DNA from: Raja brachyura
Taxonomy: Eukaryota
DNA: 64,000 nt
NCBI GenBank assembly: GCA_963514005.1
Contig: OY740782.1
Location: 28,148,001-28,212,000 of the forward strand
Direction: 5' to 3'
A program made the translations under genes and the position numbers. This document shows positions 12,226-24,658 of the stretch, one piece after another. The notes beneath the pieces are model-generated. The model saw nothing but the letters and a program-made list of their open reading frames with translations. It was not told the DNA's origin and made no database searches. Each line of letters opens with the position of its first letter. Position 1 is the stretch's first letter.

Positions 12226-13964
12226 ATTGACGATTCAAGTTTTGAAAAAAAGGCAAAAAATGGGTTTCACACAGCCTTTTTCCATGACTTTCCAATTGTG
12301 ATGTCACAATGCCACTCACAATGCACCAATCATATAATCCTCCCATTCCCCCCCCTTCCGGATTATTCTTTTCTCTGACTGGATACCACACTACAGTACC
12401 TCGGTACATGTGACAGTAATAAATGAAACTAATAATTAATCGAAACTAAACATTGAAAACATTGGAGTGAGGGATAATTACGTACACAAACTGGGGTGCA
12501 GGGTTCCAGGACGTGGGAGTGCTGAATACAATTGCATGTTGGGTTCAAGCATTAAATGGGTTAGTGCAGCATTCAGATTATTTGAGGGAAGGCATTGAGA
12601 GGCGTAAAAAGTGGAGGGGATATCCTAGCAAGTTAATAGTGGGCTGGACCCTGAGAGTGTTTTGACATAAGAGCTTAGGAAATAAGACCTGATATTTCTC
12701 AGCCCTTTTGTATCACTCCCACCTCTTCAGAGATACTTCCATATCCATGGTGGCCTGCCAGGATTTTCCAAATTTATATCTCTCCTCTCAGTCAGTTTGT
12801 TGGATAAGGTTAAACACAAAACTGCAATATGACTTTATATTGCTGACTACATACAAAAGATGGTATTTCGCATGTCAGATGATTTTCACGAAGGACACAA
12901 AATACCCGCATGAATTCTTATCCCATTGATCCAGGACAGAGCTGAGCATACTCAGCACAGATTTATTTATAAATAATCATACTACATTGAAACTTTTCAG
13001 TCTGCGCACCCCTGTAACTTAGCAGTAGATATATCATCCGCTTTTCTGGTTTGCTTCATTTTACATGGAAGTTATCAGTCATTCACTGCAGTAGGGGATG
13101 TTTTACATGTGCCCATTAAACAAGGGAAGCATCTGTAGTTAGATTGGAGCCTTGTTGTATGATTAAGTTAATCAGTTTTCTCCAGTATTCGCTCCTCCCC
13201 AATGGGAAGTACTATATTGCTTCTATTCCTGCACAAATGTGGAACCACCGGGATCGAGTATAAACCAACTGTAGTGCTATCTGAACCAACAGAGAGTGAA
13301 GGAAACCAACCTAACAGTGACACCACGGATTATAGTACAACGGAGAGCATCAATTAACGTAAATGAACTGAAATCTACACTAATTACAATTTACATGCAC
13401 AATTAAATGCTATAATTTGTACAAATTAGGGACTGTCAAAGCTTTGAGGGAGAATGGATATCAAGATGCATTGGCAATCAATGGGCAAGGGAAGGAAGAA
13501 ATGAAAAAGAAGCATCTTGGAGAAAAGACTTTGTCCCAATTTGGCCAAATGTCAGGCTTAAATTTGCAGATGCAAACGATTCAGCAACAAGGCCTAGGTA
13601 GGGAATTGTTATCGCTCATTAGCAGAAATGAACAGGAAACAGCCTGAGCCTGCAGAGGAAAGGAGAAAATCCATCACAGTCCTGCGAGGAAGCACTGCTG
13701 GAGGCCGGCGCATCACTCTTCGGAAATGATAAATTACAAGGAGGACTGAGCTGCCCTCGGATACCTTCCTTGCAGCCAACACCAAACAAAACTGAAGGAG
13801 AGCGGGAGGCAGGCTGCTGCTCTGGGTTCTGGGGCATAACCCATCCACGGGGTTTGTAGAGATAAGGCAGCGCCAAAGATAAAATGTAGAAAAGGTTCAC
13901 TCTCCTAAAGAGAGCAATTTGTAGGGCAAACACAGGTGTCCCAAAATATAACGTGATGCCATAA

Positions 13965-14250
13965 GCTACATCTCTTTAAGGTGAAAGGGGAAACGTTGAA
14001 AGGAGATGTGTGGGGCAACTTGTTTTTTACGCAGATGGTGGGTGCCTGGAATGTGCTTCCAAGAGTGATAGTAGAGGCAATTACGATAGTGACATTTAAG
14101 AGACTTTTTGATAGACACATGTATATGCAGGGAATTAAGGCATATGGATCATGCACAGGCAACAGAGTTAACCTGGCATCATGTTCCGCACAGACATCGT
14201 GGGCCAAAGGGCCTGCTCTTACACTGTACTGTTCTACATTCTATATTCTA
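13965..14250 (+). mobile_element. CR1 LINE 3' fragment (second subfamily)
   Basis: FKVKGETLKGDVWGNLFFTQMVGAWNVLPRVIVEA..FKRLFDRHM matches the CR1 ORF2 C-terminus; TTCTA-type tail. Confidence 0.85.
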
Positions 14251-14954
14251 ACATTCAGAACAATGCGAGCAGAAAACAAATTCATTAAAATAATTAACTG
14301 GATGTCATAATGTAAAATATCATATATTCGAATATGGATGCCCTGGAATTTTGCAAGCATTCTTGTTATTGCTATTTTTGGAGGGAGAAGTGAGAAGCCC
14401 AAGTTACATTGGAATATCAGGGCCATTTTCGTGGAATTTCACCTATGGCTTTTTCAGCACAGACACTTTGCTCTCTTGTTCTGAATGTCTCAGTCAGTTT
14501 TCCAAAGTGTTTTGGCCACTGATCACCTTTGTGATGCCTCAGGTTCTATTGCCTTGTTATATGTAATGCACCACTCATTCCACATAATATAATTATTCAG
14601 TAAAGTCTCATTAATAACCATTACCACCAGATATTTGAAAATAATTCATTTCCTAAACTGGAAAAATATGGCAGCACATTATCTGGGAAAGAGGGAGGAT
14701 GTTATCTTATTATCCGATTAGTGTCCTGAGCAGGTAATTGGAGTTTCCAGTCCCAAGTCAGTAGTTTATTGCCATTGAATTAAACACACTAATTAAAATA
14801 CCATAAACTAAGACTCATTACAAGAAAGGAAACGTCGGAATGCATGGTGAACTGCAACTTGCAAGATGAACTGCAAAAAATCCCACAAACATGTCCAGAA
14901 ATTCAGAGGATTCAAAAGAAGAATCTATCTAATCTGGAGAATACTAGGGAATAC

Positions 14955-15280
14955 AGTCATGAGTGATAGGAGCAGAATTAGGCCATTTGACCCATCAAGT
15001 CTACTCCACCATACAATGATGGCTGATCTATCTCTCCCTCCTAACCCAATTCTCCCCATCCCTGACACCCATACTAATCAAGAATCTATCTATATCCACA
15101 TTAAAGATATCCAATATTTTGGCTCCAAAGCCTTCTGTGGCAAAGAATTCCACAGATTCACCACCCTTTGATTAAATAAATTCCTCTTCATCTCCTTCCT
15201 CAAGGAATGTCCTTTAATTCTGAGGCTATGACCTCTGGTCCTTGACTCTCCTACTAGAGGAAAGATTCTCTCCACATCCC
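14955..15280 (-). mobile_element. CR1/HER1-like LINE 3' fragment
   Basis: ERIFPLVGESRTRGHSLRIKG..FNQRVVNLWNSLPQKA. Confidence 0.85.
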
Positions 15281-15289
15281 ATCAAAATC

Positions 15290-17935
15290 CCATCTCCCTG
15301 CTCGCTACTCCCGCTACATAAACTCTTCAACTGCCAGTAAGTTCTCTGAGGCTCTCATAGCCGCCCCCGACATCTGCACCATCTCAGCGTCTCCCCTCCA
15401 TCTCAGCACTGACGACCTAATTTCTTTGTTCAATACCGCTTGCTCTTCCATCCTGGATTCTGTTGCTCCTCTTAAAATGAAAAAGCCTAAGCCTAAAGGC
15501 TGGCCCTGGCTCAATGACACCACCAGAGCCCTATGAAGAGAGTGCAAAAAATCAGAATGGAAGTATAAATCTGATGCTTCAAATTTCCTTTAAACTTCTG
15601 AGAAACAATCTTCTCAACTAACAGGAAGCAGTAAAGTCTGCGAGAGCACAATACTTTTCCGACCTTATTTCCAAAAACTCCCATAATTCCAAGGTCCTTT
15701 TTGCTACCATTACCTGCCCCAAGTACCAGCTTAGCTGGGTCCCCTGCTAAGTGCAAAGAATTTACCACATTTTTCACCAGCAAAGTTAAGAACATCAGAT
15801 TGAATATTTCCCCTCCCATCCGTGACCTAGCTGTCTCATTGGTCTGTTCTTCAAACTTAGACTGCTTCCAACCTGTTACACTACCCTCCCTTGAAAAGTT
15901 GGTCACCACCATGAAACCTGCTACCTGCCCCCTCGACGTCGTCTCCTCTGCCCTTCTGAAGGAAGTCATTGAAATAGTCGGTCCCAGCATCCTCACAGTT
16001 CTCTGGCCACTGCTACTGTTCCTACCTGCTTCAAGCACGCGGTGGTCCAGCCCCTCCTGAAAAAATCTAACCTAGACCCCACCATGCCTAGCAACTACAG
16101 ACCTACTTCCAAACTGACTTTCCTTTCAAAAGCCCTTGAAAAGGTAATTTCAAGTCAAATTATGCCTTACCTTCACCAAATTACCATCCTGGAAACTTTC
16201 AAATCAGGTTTCAGGGTCCACCACAGCACAGAGTCTGCCTTGTTGAAGGTACATAATGACCCACTTTTCACCATAGACTCCGGCAACTGTGCAATCCTGC
16301 TCCTTCTCGACCTCAGCGCAGCATTTGATACAGTCGACCACACCATCCTAATTGCCAGTCTCCGGTACGGGGTTGGTATTAATGGCACTGCCCTGAGCTG
16401 GTTCATTTCCTACCTCAAAGATAGAAGTTTCTCTACAAACATAGGTAACTCTTTCTCCTCCCCAGCTAGCCTTTGCTGTGGGGTTCCACAAGGCTCCATC
16501 CTAGGCCCAATTCTCTTCTCCCTGCATATGCTCCCCTTAGGCCAAGTCATTCAAAGGCACAGCATTTCCTTAAGGGCCAGTCCTACAAGCATGCAACTCC
16601 ATGCGATTAGCGTGACCTAACGTGGTCGCTTGAGCCGTCCGGCGTCGCGGGGCCGGTCCCACTTCGATCGCCGGAGCCGTGCGGAATTGTGCGGAGTTCG
16701 TCCCGAGTTCGTCCCAACACCGCGCGGGGCTCCGAAAAACTGACTATGTCCAAAAATTCCGCGCGGCAACGGCTTGTCGGTTTGCAGTCGCCTCGACGCA
16801 TTACACACCGCCCCGACATGGTGCCTCCGTGAACCTATCTGTAGGTGCCTCCGTGACCCTCTATGTGTGTGGCTCCGTGGCCCTCTGTGTGTGTGTGCCT
16901 CTGTGCCCCTCTCTGTGTGCCCCTCTCTGTCCTGGCGAACTTACCTTAGACTTCGCTCCAAGTTCGCCTCACTTTGTGCCGCGTTGCGCCACTCACCCGA
17001 CCTCCGCGCGGCCCCTGCTGCCGGTTTGGTTGCGCTTGCCGCATGCAGGCGCATGCTGGTGGCAACGGCCCTGTACAGGGGATCACCCGACCTCCGCGCG
17101 CCCCCCGCTTCTAGTTTGATCGCGTTCATCGCATAGAGTTGCATGCTTGTAGGACAGGCCCTTAACACTGCTATGTGGACGATACACAACTCTATCTCCC
17201 CCTGAAACCCAACAACCGATCTAATCTACTCAGCCTTATCCACTGTCTCGAGGATATAAAGTGTTGGATGGCCCAGAACTTCTTCCAACTAAACAAATCA
17301 ATAACGTGGTAAAAGCTAGCTTCTTCCAGCTTTGGATGATAGCTAAAATAAAACAATTCCTCCAATTTGACGACCACGAAAAGATCATCCATTCATTTAT
17401 CTCCTCCCGCCTTGATTACTGCAACCCCCTTTACACTAGCATCAGCCAATCATCCCTGTCCTGCCTGCAATTGGTCTAAAAACGCCGCAGCGAGACTCCT
17501 GACGGGCACCCAAAAAAGGGACCACATCACCCCGATTCTGGCCTCTCTCCACTGGCTCCCAGTGCAGTTATGAATAAATTTCAAGCTCCTTCTTTATGTA
17601 TACAAAGCCTTTAATGGGCTTGCCCCTACCTACATCAAAAATCTGCTTTCCCACCATACCATCTCCAGGTCCCTCAGATCGGCCAACTTGGGGTTACTGA
17701 ACATCCCGTGGTCTAGGCATAAGCTCAGGGGCAACTGCGCTTTTGCGGTTGCAGGTCCTCAACTATGGAACAGCATTCCTCTTCCGAGCAGAACTGCCCC
17801 CTCCATCACACCTTTTAAGTCTAGACTTAAAACTTATTTCTACTCTCAAGCCTTTCTTGAGGTCCTCTGAGGGAGTGCTGTATGTATGTATTTATGTATT
17901 TATTGTTGATCTATGTACCACTGTTTGTACCTGTT
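15290..17935 (+). mobile_element. L2-clade LINE (decayed ORF2), split by a MITE at 16573-17162
   Basis: VQPLLKKSNLDP..NYRP, GFRVHHSTESALLKVHND, LLLLDLSAAFDTVDH, GVPQGSILGPILF, CYVDDTQLY, FISSRLDYCN, RDHITPILASLHWLP; stops, frameshifts and an internal deletion near 17295. Confidence 0.9.
16573..17162. mobile_element. PIF/Harbinger-type MITE (CpG-rich)
   Basis: About 35-bp TIRs AGGGCC(A/T)GTCCTACAAGCATGCAACTC; TTA/TAA flanks; inserted just before the L2 Y.DD motif. Confidence 0.85.
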
Positions 17936-18086
17936 CTTACCATGCCCTTTCCCCTCATTTCTTTGTTCCAGCCATCTCCCCTCTACTCCACTGTTTAAGA
18001 AGGGTCCCACTCAAAACTTATTTCCCTCCACAGATGCTGCCTAACTTACTGAGTTCATCCAGCAGTTAGTGGGATAAATGGGTGCC

Positions 18087-18160
18087 TGAATGGCGGTGCA
18101 GTCTCGAAGGGCCGAATGGCCTACTCCTGCACCTATTTTCTATGTTTCTATGTTTCTATG
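18087..18160 (+). mobile_element. HER1 3' tail fragment
   Basis: TGAATGGCGGTGCAG..CCTACTCCTGCACCTATT(TTCTATGT)n. Confidence 0.85.
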
Positions 18161-18877
18161 TAACCCTTGAAGTCAATGGTCTAACAAGAGGTGGTGATAC
18201 TAATTCAATAATTTATTTTTCAATGTTTCAATGCTACGACAAACTGCTCTAAGAAAAGCATACCTTAAAGCACGTATAAACATGTTACTCAGTCTTTTGA
18301 AGCTTGCAATAGACTTTTGCAGTGCAGCAACTATTGTAAAATAAGATAAGCAGATGTGTTTCAGATATATTGATCAAGGAATCAAAGTCAAGACCTTGAG
18401 ATTATTTGGAAAGCAAAATACTACGATTTCAATTCCGGATGATTAGCCATGATCATATTGAATGGTGGTGCTGGCTCGATTGGCCGATTGACCAACTCCT
18501 GCATTTATTTTCTATGTTTCTGTGTTTCTAATTGCTCAAAGTCTGAAACAAAACTGTAACAGCTGGAAATACTCAGCAGGTCAAGCAGCATCTGTGGCGT
18601 GAGAAGCAATCCAAACGTTTCCGATTGGTAACTTTCTTCAGGCCTGGGGTTAATTCCTCAGCTCTCTCCATTAATGGTGCCATGAAATCTTTTACGGCCA
18701 TTTGAGAATTAGATTGAGCTGTGGTTTAACTTCATCAACCACCTCTGACAGCAAATTATTTCCTCAGTACAATATGTAAATGCTAGCCATCATCTTTTCA
18801 CTGAAGTCTGTGGAGTACGAACATTGACTTCTACCTTTCTGAATCAGAGCTGAGGTTTGGTTGTCAAAGATTTAGGT

Positions 18878-19650
18878 GACGATTAGGAAAAGGGGAGATG
18901 CAATGAGAACTGGGTGTCATGGTACACCAATCATTGAAAGTAGGCATGCAGGTGCAGCAGGCAGTGAAGAAAGCGAATAGTATGTTAGCATTCATAGCAA
19001 AAGGATTTGAGTATAGGAGTAGTGAGGTTCTACTGCAGTTGTACAGGGTCTTGGTGAGACCGCACCTGGAGTATTGTGTACAGTTTTGGTCTCCAAATCT
19101 GAGGAAAGACATTCTTGCCATAGAGGGAGTACAGAGAAGGTTCACCAGACTGATTCCTGGGATATCAGGACTTTCACATGAAGAAAGACTGGATAGACTC
19201 CCTACAACATAGAATGTACTCGCTAGAATTTAGAAGATTGAGAGGGAATCTTATAGAAACTTACAAAATCCTTATGGGGTTGGACAGGCTAGATGCAGGA
19301 AGATTGTTCCCGATGTTGGGGAAGTCCAGGACAAGGGGTCAAAGTTTAAGGATAAGGGGGAAATCCGTTAGGACCGAGATGAGAAAAACATTTTTCAACA
19401 GAGAGTTGTGAATCTCTGGAATTCTCTGCCACAGAAGGTAGTTGAGGCCAGTTTGTTGGCTATATTCAAGAGGGAATTAGATGTGGTCCTTGTGGCTAAA
19501 GGGATCAGGGGGTATGGAGAGAAGGCAGGTAAGGGATACTGAGTTGGATGATCAGCCATGATCATATTGAATGGCGGTGCAGGCTCGAAGGGCCGAATGG
19601 CCTACTCCTGCACCTATTTTCTATGTTTCTATGTTTCTATGTTTTTATGT
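18878..19650 (+). mobile_element. HER1/CR1 LINE, 5'-truncated
   Basis: LKVGMQVQQAVKKAN..LYRVLVRPHLEYCVQFWSPNLRKDILAIEGVQRRFTRLIPG plus (TTTCTATG)n tail. Confidence 0.93.
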
Positions 19651-20007
19651 AACCCTTGAAGTCAATGGTCTAACAAGCGGTGGTGATACTAATTCAATAA
19701 TGCATTTTGACAGGGCAAACAAGATAAATAAACACTAAATAAATGAAAGGATACAAAGAAAATTTTAAAAGAATAGAGAGATCTTTAAATTGATTATCAC
19801 AAAATTCTTCATGAAACAGAACTGTTAGGTAAGGGCTTAAAGATGATTTACAGAATAAGTGTATTTGTTGGCTGTGCCACAGAATACAAGAGCAGGGAGG
19901 TCATATCTGAACATAAATTTCAGCATTGAAAAGGTCTCTTGGTCCAACTTACCTACCAATGATTAAAGCTGAATTTGATTGCTCTGTTCATGATGGCCTA
20001 AGTTCTA

Positions 20008-20237
20008 GATAGACACAAAGTGATGGAGTAACTCAGCAGATCAGGCAGCATCTCTGGAGAATAGGGATGGGTGACATTTCAGGACAGGACTCTTCTTCTG
20101 AAGATGGTCTGAAGAAGAGCCCCGATCCAAAACATCACCCTTCCTTTTTCTCCAAAGATGCTGCCTGGCCTGCTGAGTTAATCCAGCACTGTGTCTATTT
20201 TCAGTAAATACCAGCATCTGCAGTTCCTCTCTACACA
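20008..20237. mobile_element. Palindromic Penelope-pLTR-derived repeat with degenerate hammerhead-like cores
   Basis: ATAGACACAAAGTGATGGAGTAACTCAGCAG..GCAGCATCTCTGGAGAA is the inverse of TTCTCCAAAGATGCTGCC..CTGCTGAGTTAATCCAGCACTGTGTCTAT; the centre has TCTTCTTCTGA and TCTGAAGAAGA. Confidence 0.75.
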
Positions 20238-21189
20238 TGTTCTGAGCTCTATTTCTATATAGCACCACCTCCATGGTGAACAAGAGACATGCACGTAGAA
20301 CCACCTCACTGCTGAACAAGATTGGCCTAGATTTTTTTATTTAAGAATCCAGAGCCTAACGTAAACCCATAAATTTCAAAAGAGATGAATTGCACATACT
20401 GAATCCTGCTGCAATATCACAGGTTAGAGTTCAATTTATTTTAAATTATGACAGCACTCTTGCCCAGAGTCACTGGTGCCATTTTTTCTACTCTCTAATG
20501 GTGAGCAATTAGGCTGCCTTCCAGGCTGGGATGAAACCAGTCAACAGCACTAACAGATAAGAAATAAAAGCAGCAGGATATGTCACCCAACAAACTCCTG
20601 ATACTGTTGTTTTGTCACAATTATATGTTCATTAGTTCATAAATTATAGGAGAAAAATTAGGCCATTTGGCCTAAAATTTTACTGGAGCCAGTAAGCAGA
20701 AGTGCTACTGTGTAGGCAAAAAAAAAAAAAAAAATTTGTAATTCCAGTCTGGAATATTCAATTTTACTTCGGAGTCACGTGAGTGACTACGTGAAGAAGC
20801 CCCGCCTGGCGCTTGATCGGCATTATGTCGACGCTGTCGGTAGGGAAAGAGCTGCGGAGCACAGCTCCACCAGCGGTAAGGAACAGGCCCGCAGGTAATT
20901 AAATTACTTTTACTTTCAGGGCATTTCAAACCCTGTGAGGCTGGTGGGAAAAACCAGGAGGAGTTTAAAAATAAAAATGGAGAAAGTTCCTAAAAAATCG
21001 CGGGTAAAACGTGCGATCCAGGGTGGAGAAGAAAAATAGTCGGGACAGCAGATTATTACGGAGCCGGTTTCGATACCGGTGGCCGGTGAAATACCCGTTA
21101 GTGAGCCTTTGGTTGCTCCACAAGCAAAGCCACGGAGGCAAATCCAGTGCCTAAAAAATGTTAAAGAAAATCTGAGAGGCCCGTGGTTT

Positions 21190-21461
21190 ACACAGAGGTC
21201 ACACAGAGGTTTACACAGAGAGTGGTGAGTCTCTGGAATTCTCTGCCACAGAAGGTAGTTGAGGCCAGTTCATTGGCTATATTTAAGAGGGCGTTAGATG
21301 TGGCACTTGCGGCTAAAGGGATCAGGGGGTATGGAGAGAAGGCAGGTACGGGATACTGAGTTGGATGATCAGCCATGATCACATTGAATGGCGGTGCAGG
21401 CTCGAAGGGCCGAATGGCCTACTCCTGCACCTATTTTCTATGTTTCTATGTTTCTATGTTT
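21190..21461 (+). mobile_element. HER1 3' end nested in DIRS
   Basis: Nearly identical to 40920-41170; (TTTCTATG)n tail. Confidence 0.92.
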
Positions 21462-22399
21462 CTGATGACTCTGATAATGAAAGTCCTCCAGATAGATAAG
21501 CCTTATGGCTTAGAATGGACCAAATGGAAAATGATCCAGACAAAAATCAACCAAGGATCTAAAAAACCCAGAATATTCCCAGGCAGCCCCTGAGGGGGTT
21601 CCATATCATGAATATGGTGCCAGTTGGAATTGGGAATTTGAAACTCCAGAGCCCGGGATTGGGCTGGAGTAAGTCCTTGAGCAAAGTCTCAGGAGTACCA
21701 GGGCTTCATGAGACTGATCCTGAAGGTGGTGATTTCGGTCATGAGTACCCACCACAATACAAAAATATTGCTCCAGGTGTGTCTGATGTGGCACAAAGTT
21801 TCTATATCTGGAGGAGGCGGTGAGGCCATGGAAGAAAACCTGGCAGCCAACATAAATTTTTGGTCTCTCACCAGCTTCAAGAAGCTGTATGGTTGATACA
21901 GCAGAATTATTATACCTCACTGAAGGTACCTACGGTAAATTCGGCTATTTGGCGCCAATGTCATCAATGATGCGGGCGCAGGAAATATGATTTCGGCTGG
22001 GACCACTGCTTTTGGAAGGCAAGTGGAAGATTGTGGAACGACCAAAGTTCAGAAGGATATGTTGGCATTGTTCTACAACTCAATATTTGAGATTAATTGT
22101 ATGAGGAAGATTGCCATTCGGCCTATTTTACATCCAAGATTTGCAGGTTTGTGCAGATCAAGCAATGTTCAAGCTCCTGGTTATTTGTTCGGAGAAAATC
22201 TGTTTAAATAAAGAAAGAAATTGATAAAGAGGCAAAGACTACTGACCTCATGAAACCCTTCATTTTGGCCAAAGAAGGGCCGGTCAAACGAGAAGGGGAT
22301 TTTGATTTGGAGCTGGAACAAGCAGAGGCAGTAGTATGGTAAGGAAATATTACTAACCATCACAGCCAAATGTTATCCATATGTTGGGAGAAGGAGACC

Positions 22400-23736
22400 A
22401 CCACGTCCATGTTGGAGAGGTACTAAAGCTTTATCCTATTACAGAATCTTTGGATGAACCTCAGATTGGTGGTAGTCTACAAATGTTTTATGATAAATGG
22501 AACTGTATAACATCTGACCGTGTTATATTAGGTACAGTCTTAGGATCTACCATTGATTTTGTAGAAGGTATTGATTCACCAGGACAGAATAAGCCTAATC
22601 GTTTTGGTGTAAAAAAGGAGTTATCGAAAAATCACGTGAGGATCCACAACAATTTGTATCAAATATTTTCCCCAGACCAAAGAAAGATGGGGGTTGTAGA
22701 ATCATTTTAGACCTCACAGTTTTTAATACATTTGTCCAGTATAAACATTTAAAATGGATACCTTCAACACTGCAATGCAGCTGGTATCAACAGATTGTGA
22801 CATGGATACAATAGATTTGAAGGATGCATATTATCCAGTACCAATTCATCACCACTTTCACAGGTATTGAAATTTAATTGGATGGGACAGCTGTGGTAAT
22901 ACAAAGCATTACCTAATGGGTTAAGCTCAGCTCCTAGGTGGTTCACTAATTGTTGAAACCAGCACTTGCACTGCTCGGGGCACAAAAATACATCGTTATG
23001 GCTTATCTAGATGACATTTTAATTGTCAATGCTAATCAGGAGTCAGCTGAAAAATCAGTCTCGGCGACTACAAGCCTGTTTGCAAGGCTAGGTTTCCTGA
23101 TTCATCCAATAAAATCTAAAGTTACAGCCATCCCAAACTATTGAATATTTGTGGTTTGTGATTAATTCAGTTACCATGTTAGTAACTTTACCAATAGACA
23201 AGATTGTTGATATTACAAATGTATGTCGGTGCCTTATTGACAAACCTTATCCCTCCATCTGAGAAGTTGCTAATGTTATTGGTAAGTTAATAGCAGCATT
23301 CCCTGCAGTAGAATTTGGTCCACTGCATTACCAAAATCTCAAAAGGGCAAAAACACAAGCGCTTATACAGCGAGCAGGCCATTTTGATAGGCCCATGCAA
23401 TTGCCAAAGGAAGCTTTATTAGAATTGTATTGGTGGATTGAGAATGTTCCACAGCTGTTGAAAACATTTTGGTTCAACAGCCAGCAGTGATTTTGCAAGC
23501 TGATGCAAGTTCTCTCGGGTGGGGTGCTACGGATAATGATACCAGCTGTGGGGGCACATGGACTGTCCAAGAGGATTTATTTCTCCAAACATATGGTGTA
23601 AATTATTTGGAGGTATTGGGAGCATTTTATGGATAAAAGCTTATTGTTCTACTATGAAGGATTTGCATTTCCAATTACAAGTAGACAATACCACAGCTGT
23701 GGCATATATCAATCACATGGGTGGAGTAAGATCATT
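22400..23736 (+). pseudogene. DIRS reverse transcriptase / RNase H (frameshifted)
   Basis: LDLTVFNTF, DLKDAY, ALPNGLSSAPR, YLDDILI, DNTTAVAYIN in broken frames. Confidence 0.85.
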
Positions 23737-23921
23737 ATAATAATACCATATAATAACACCATATAACAATTACAGCACAGAAACAGGCCTTCTCGGCCCT
23801 TCCAATCCATGCCGACCATTTATTTTCCCCTAGCTACCTGCACTCAGACCGTACCCCTCCATTCCCTTCCCGTCCATATACCTATCCACTTTACTTTTAA
23901 ATGTTAAATCGATCCTGCCTC
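23737..23921 (-). mobile_element. CR1 3' end nested in DIRS (same subfamily as 59243-59758)
   Basis: CCATATAACAATTACAGCAC.GAAACAGGCCTTCTCGGCCCTTCC..GATCCTGCCTC is shared with 59243-59425. Confidence 0.88.
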
Positions 23922-23923
23922 AT

Positions 23924-24311
23924 TGGGATGTTAACATTGTTCTCACTTTGCTTAGGCAATGGACTCCAATTACTTCAATGTCTTTGCAAAGGTTAACATT
24001 CAAGGTAGTAATGTAATGGCATTAGTGTCAGCTCAAAGAGTACAAACTTTGTAATTATTACGGTTAGATTGCATGCATGTGGCTTCAGATAACATTGTGT
24101 TTGATGTTTATGATCTGATCAAACAAAGCAGACCAGGAAAAACTGGAGCCAAGGTAATGTTTAAAGCATATCCTGTCGATGAAACATTGTGGGTAGTTAA
24201 GCATTTAACTAAATATATTGAAGTTAAGTTATCATTGTACCGCTTTATCATTGTACCGCTGCTGACAAATTAATTTCACTTGCACTTTGTGTGCGATGTG
24301 ACGAATAAAAC

Positions 24312-24347
<36 letters not shown>

Positions 24348-24658
24348 GTAACCAAAATCTCCGAGGTTCTGAGACAGCGTTACTGATAACGCACAAAAAA
24401 CCACATACAAAAGTTGCAGTTCAAACCATTTCTAGATGGTTAGAACAGGTTTTGGATTTAGCAGGAGTGGACACTAATGTGTTTAAGTTTCACTCCACTA
24501 GGGCTGCAGCTGCGTCCGCGGCGAAGGTCCAGGACGTACCACTCGATCAAATTTTAGAGGCCGCAGGGTGGTGTAAAGAAGAAACTTTTTCAAAGTTCTA
24601 CAATAAACCTGTTGTCACGGTGCCAGTATTTGGACGCGCAATGTTGGGTTCGCTTTAA
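23924..24658 (+). pseudogene. DIRS tyrosine recombinase (C-terminal half)
   Basis: WDVNIVL, AQRVQTL, KQSRPG, HSTR, AAGW and F..FY provide the R-H-R-W-Y catalytic residues. Confidence 0.88.
24225..24341 (+). mobile_element. Short LINE 3' tail with (GATT)n nested in DIRS YR
   Basis: AATAAA followed by about eight GATT units; flanked by ATTGAAGT at 24217-24224 and 24342-24349 (probable TSD). Confidence 0.7.

Noticed and set aside
13185-13360. Short ORF/exon candidate (MGSTILLLFLHKC...)
   Set aside because: About 50 codons, with no recognisable family and no supporting neighbouring exons.
16570-17165. piggyBac/Kolobok assignment from apparent TTAA flanks
   Set aside because: Sister elements at 5707, 29684 and 37298 show 3-bp TTA/TAA TSDs with AGGGCC termini, which favours Harbinger.
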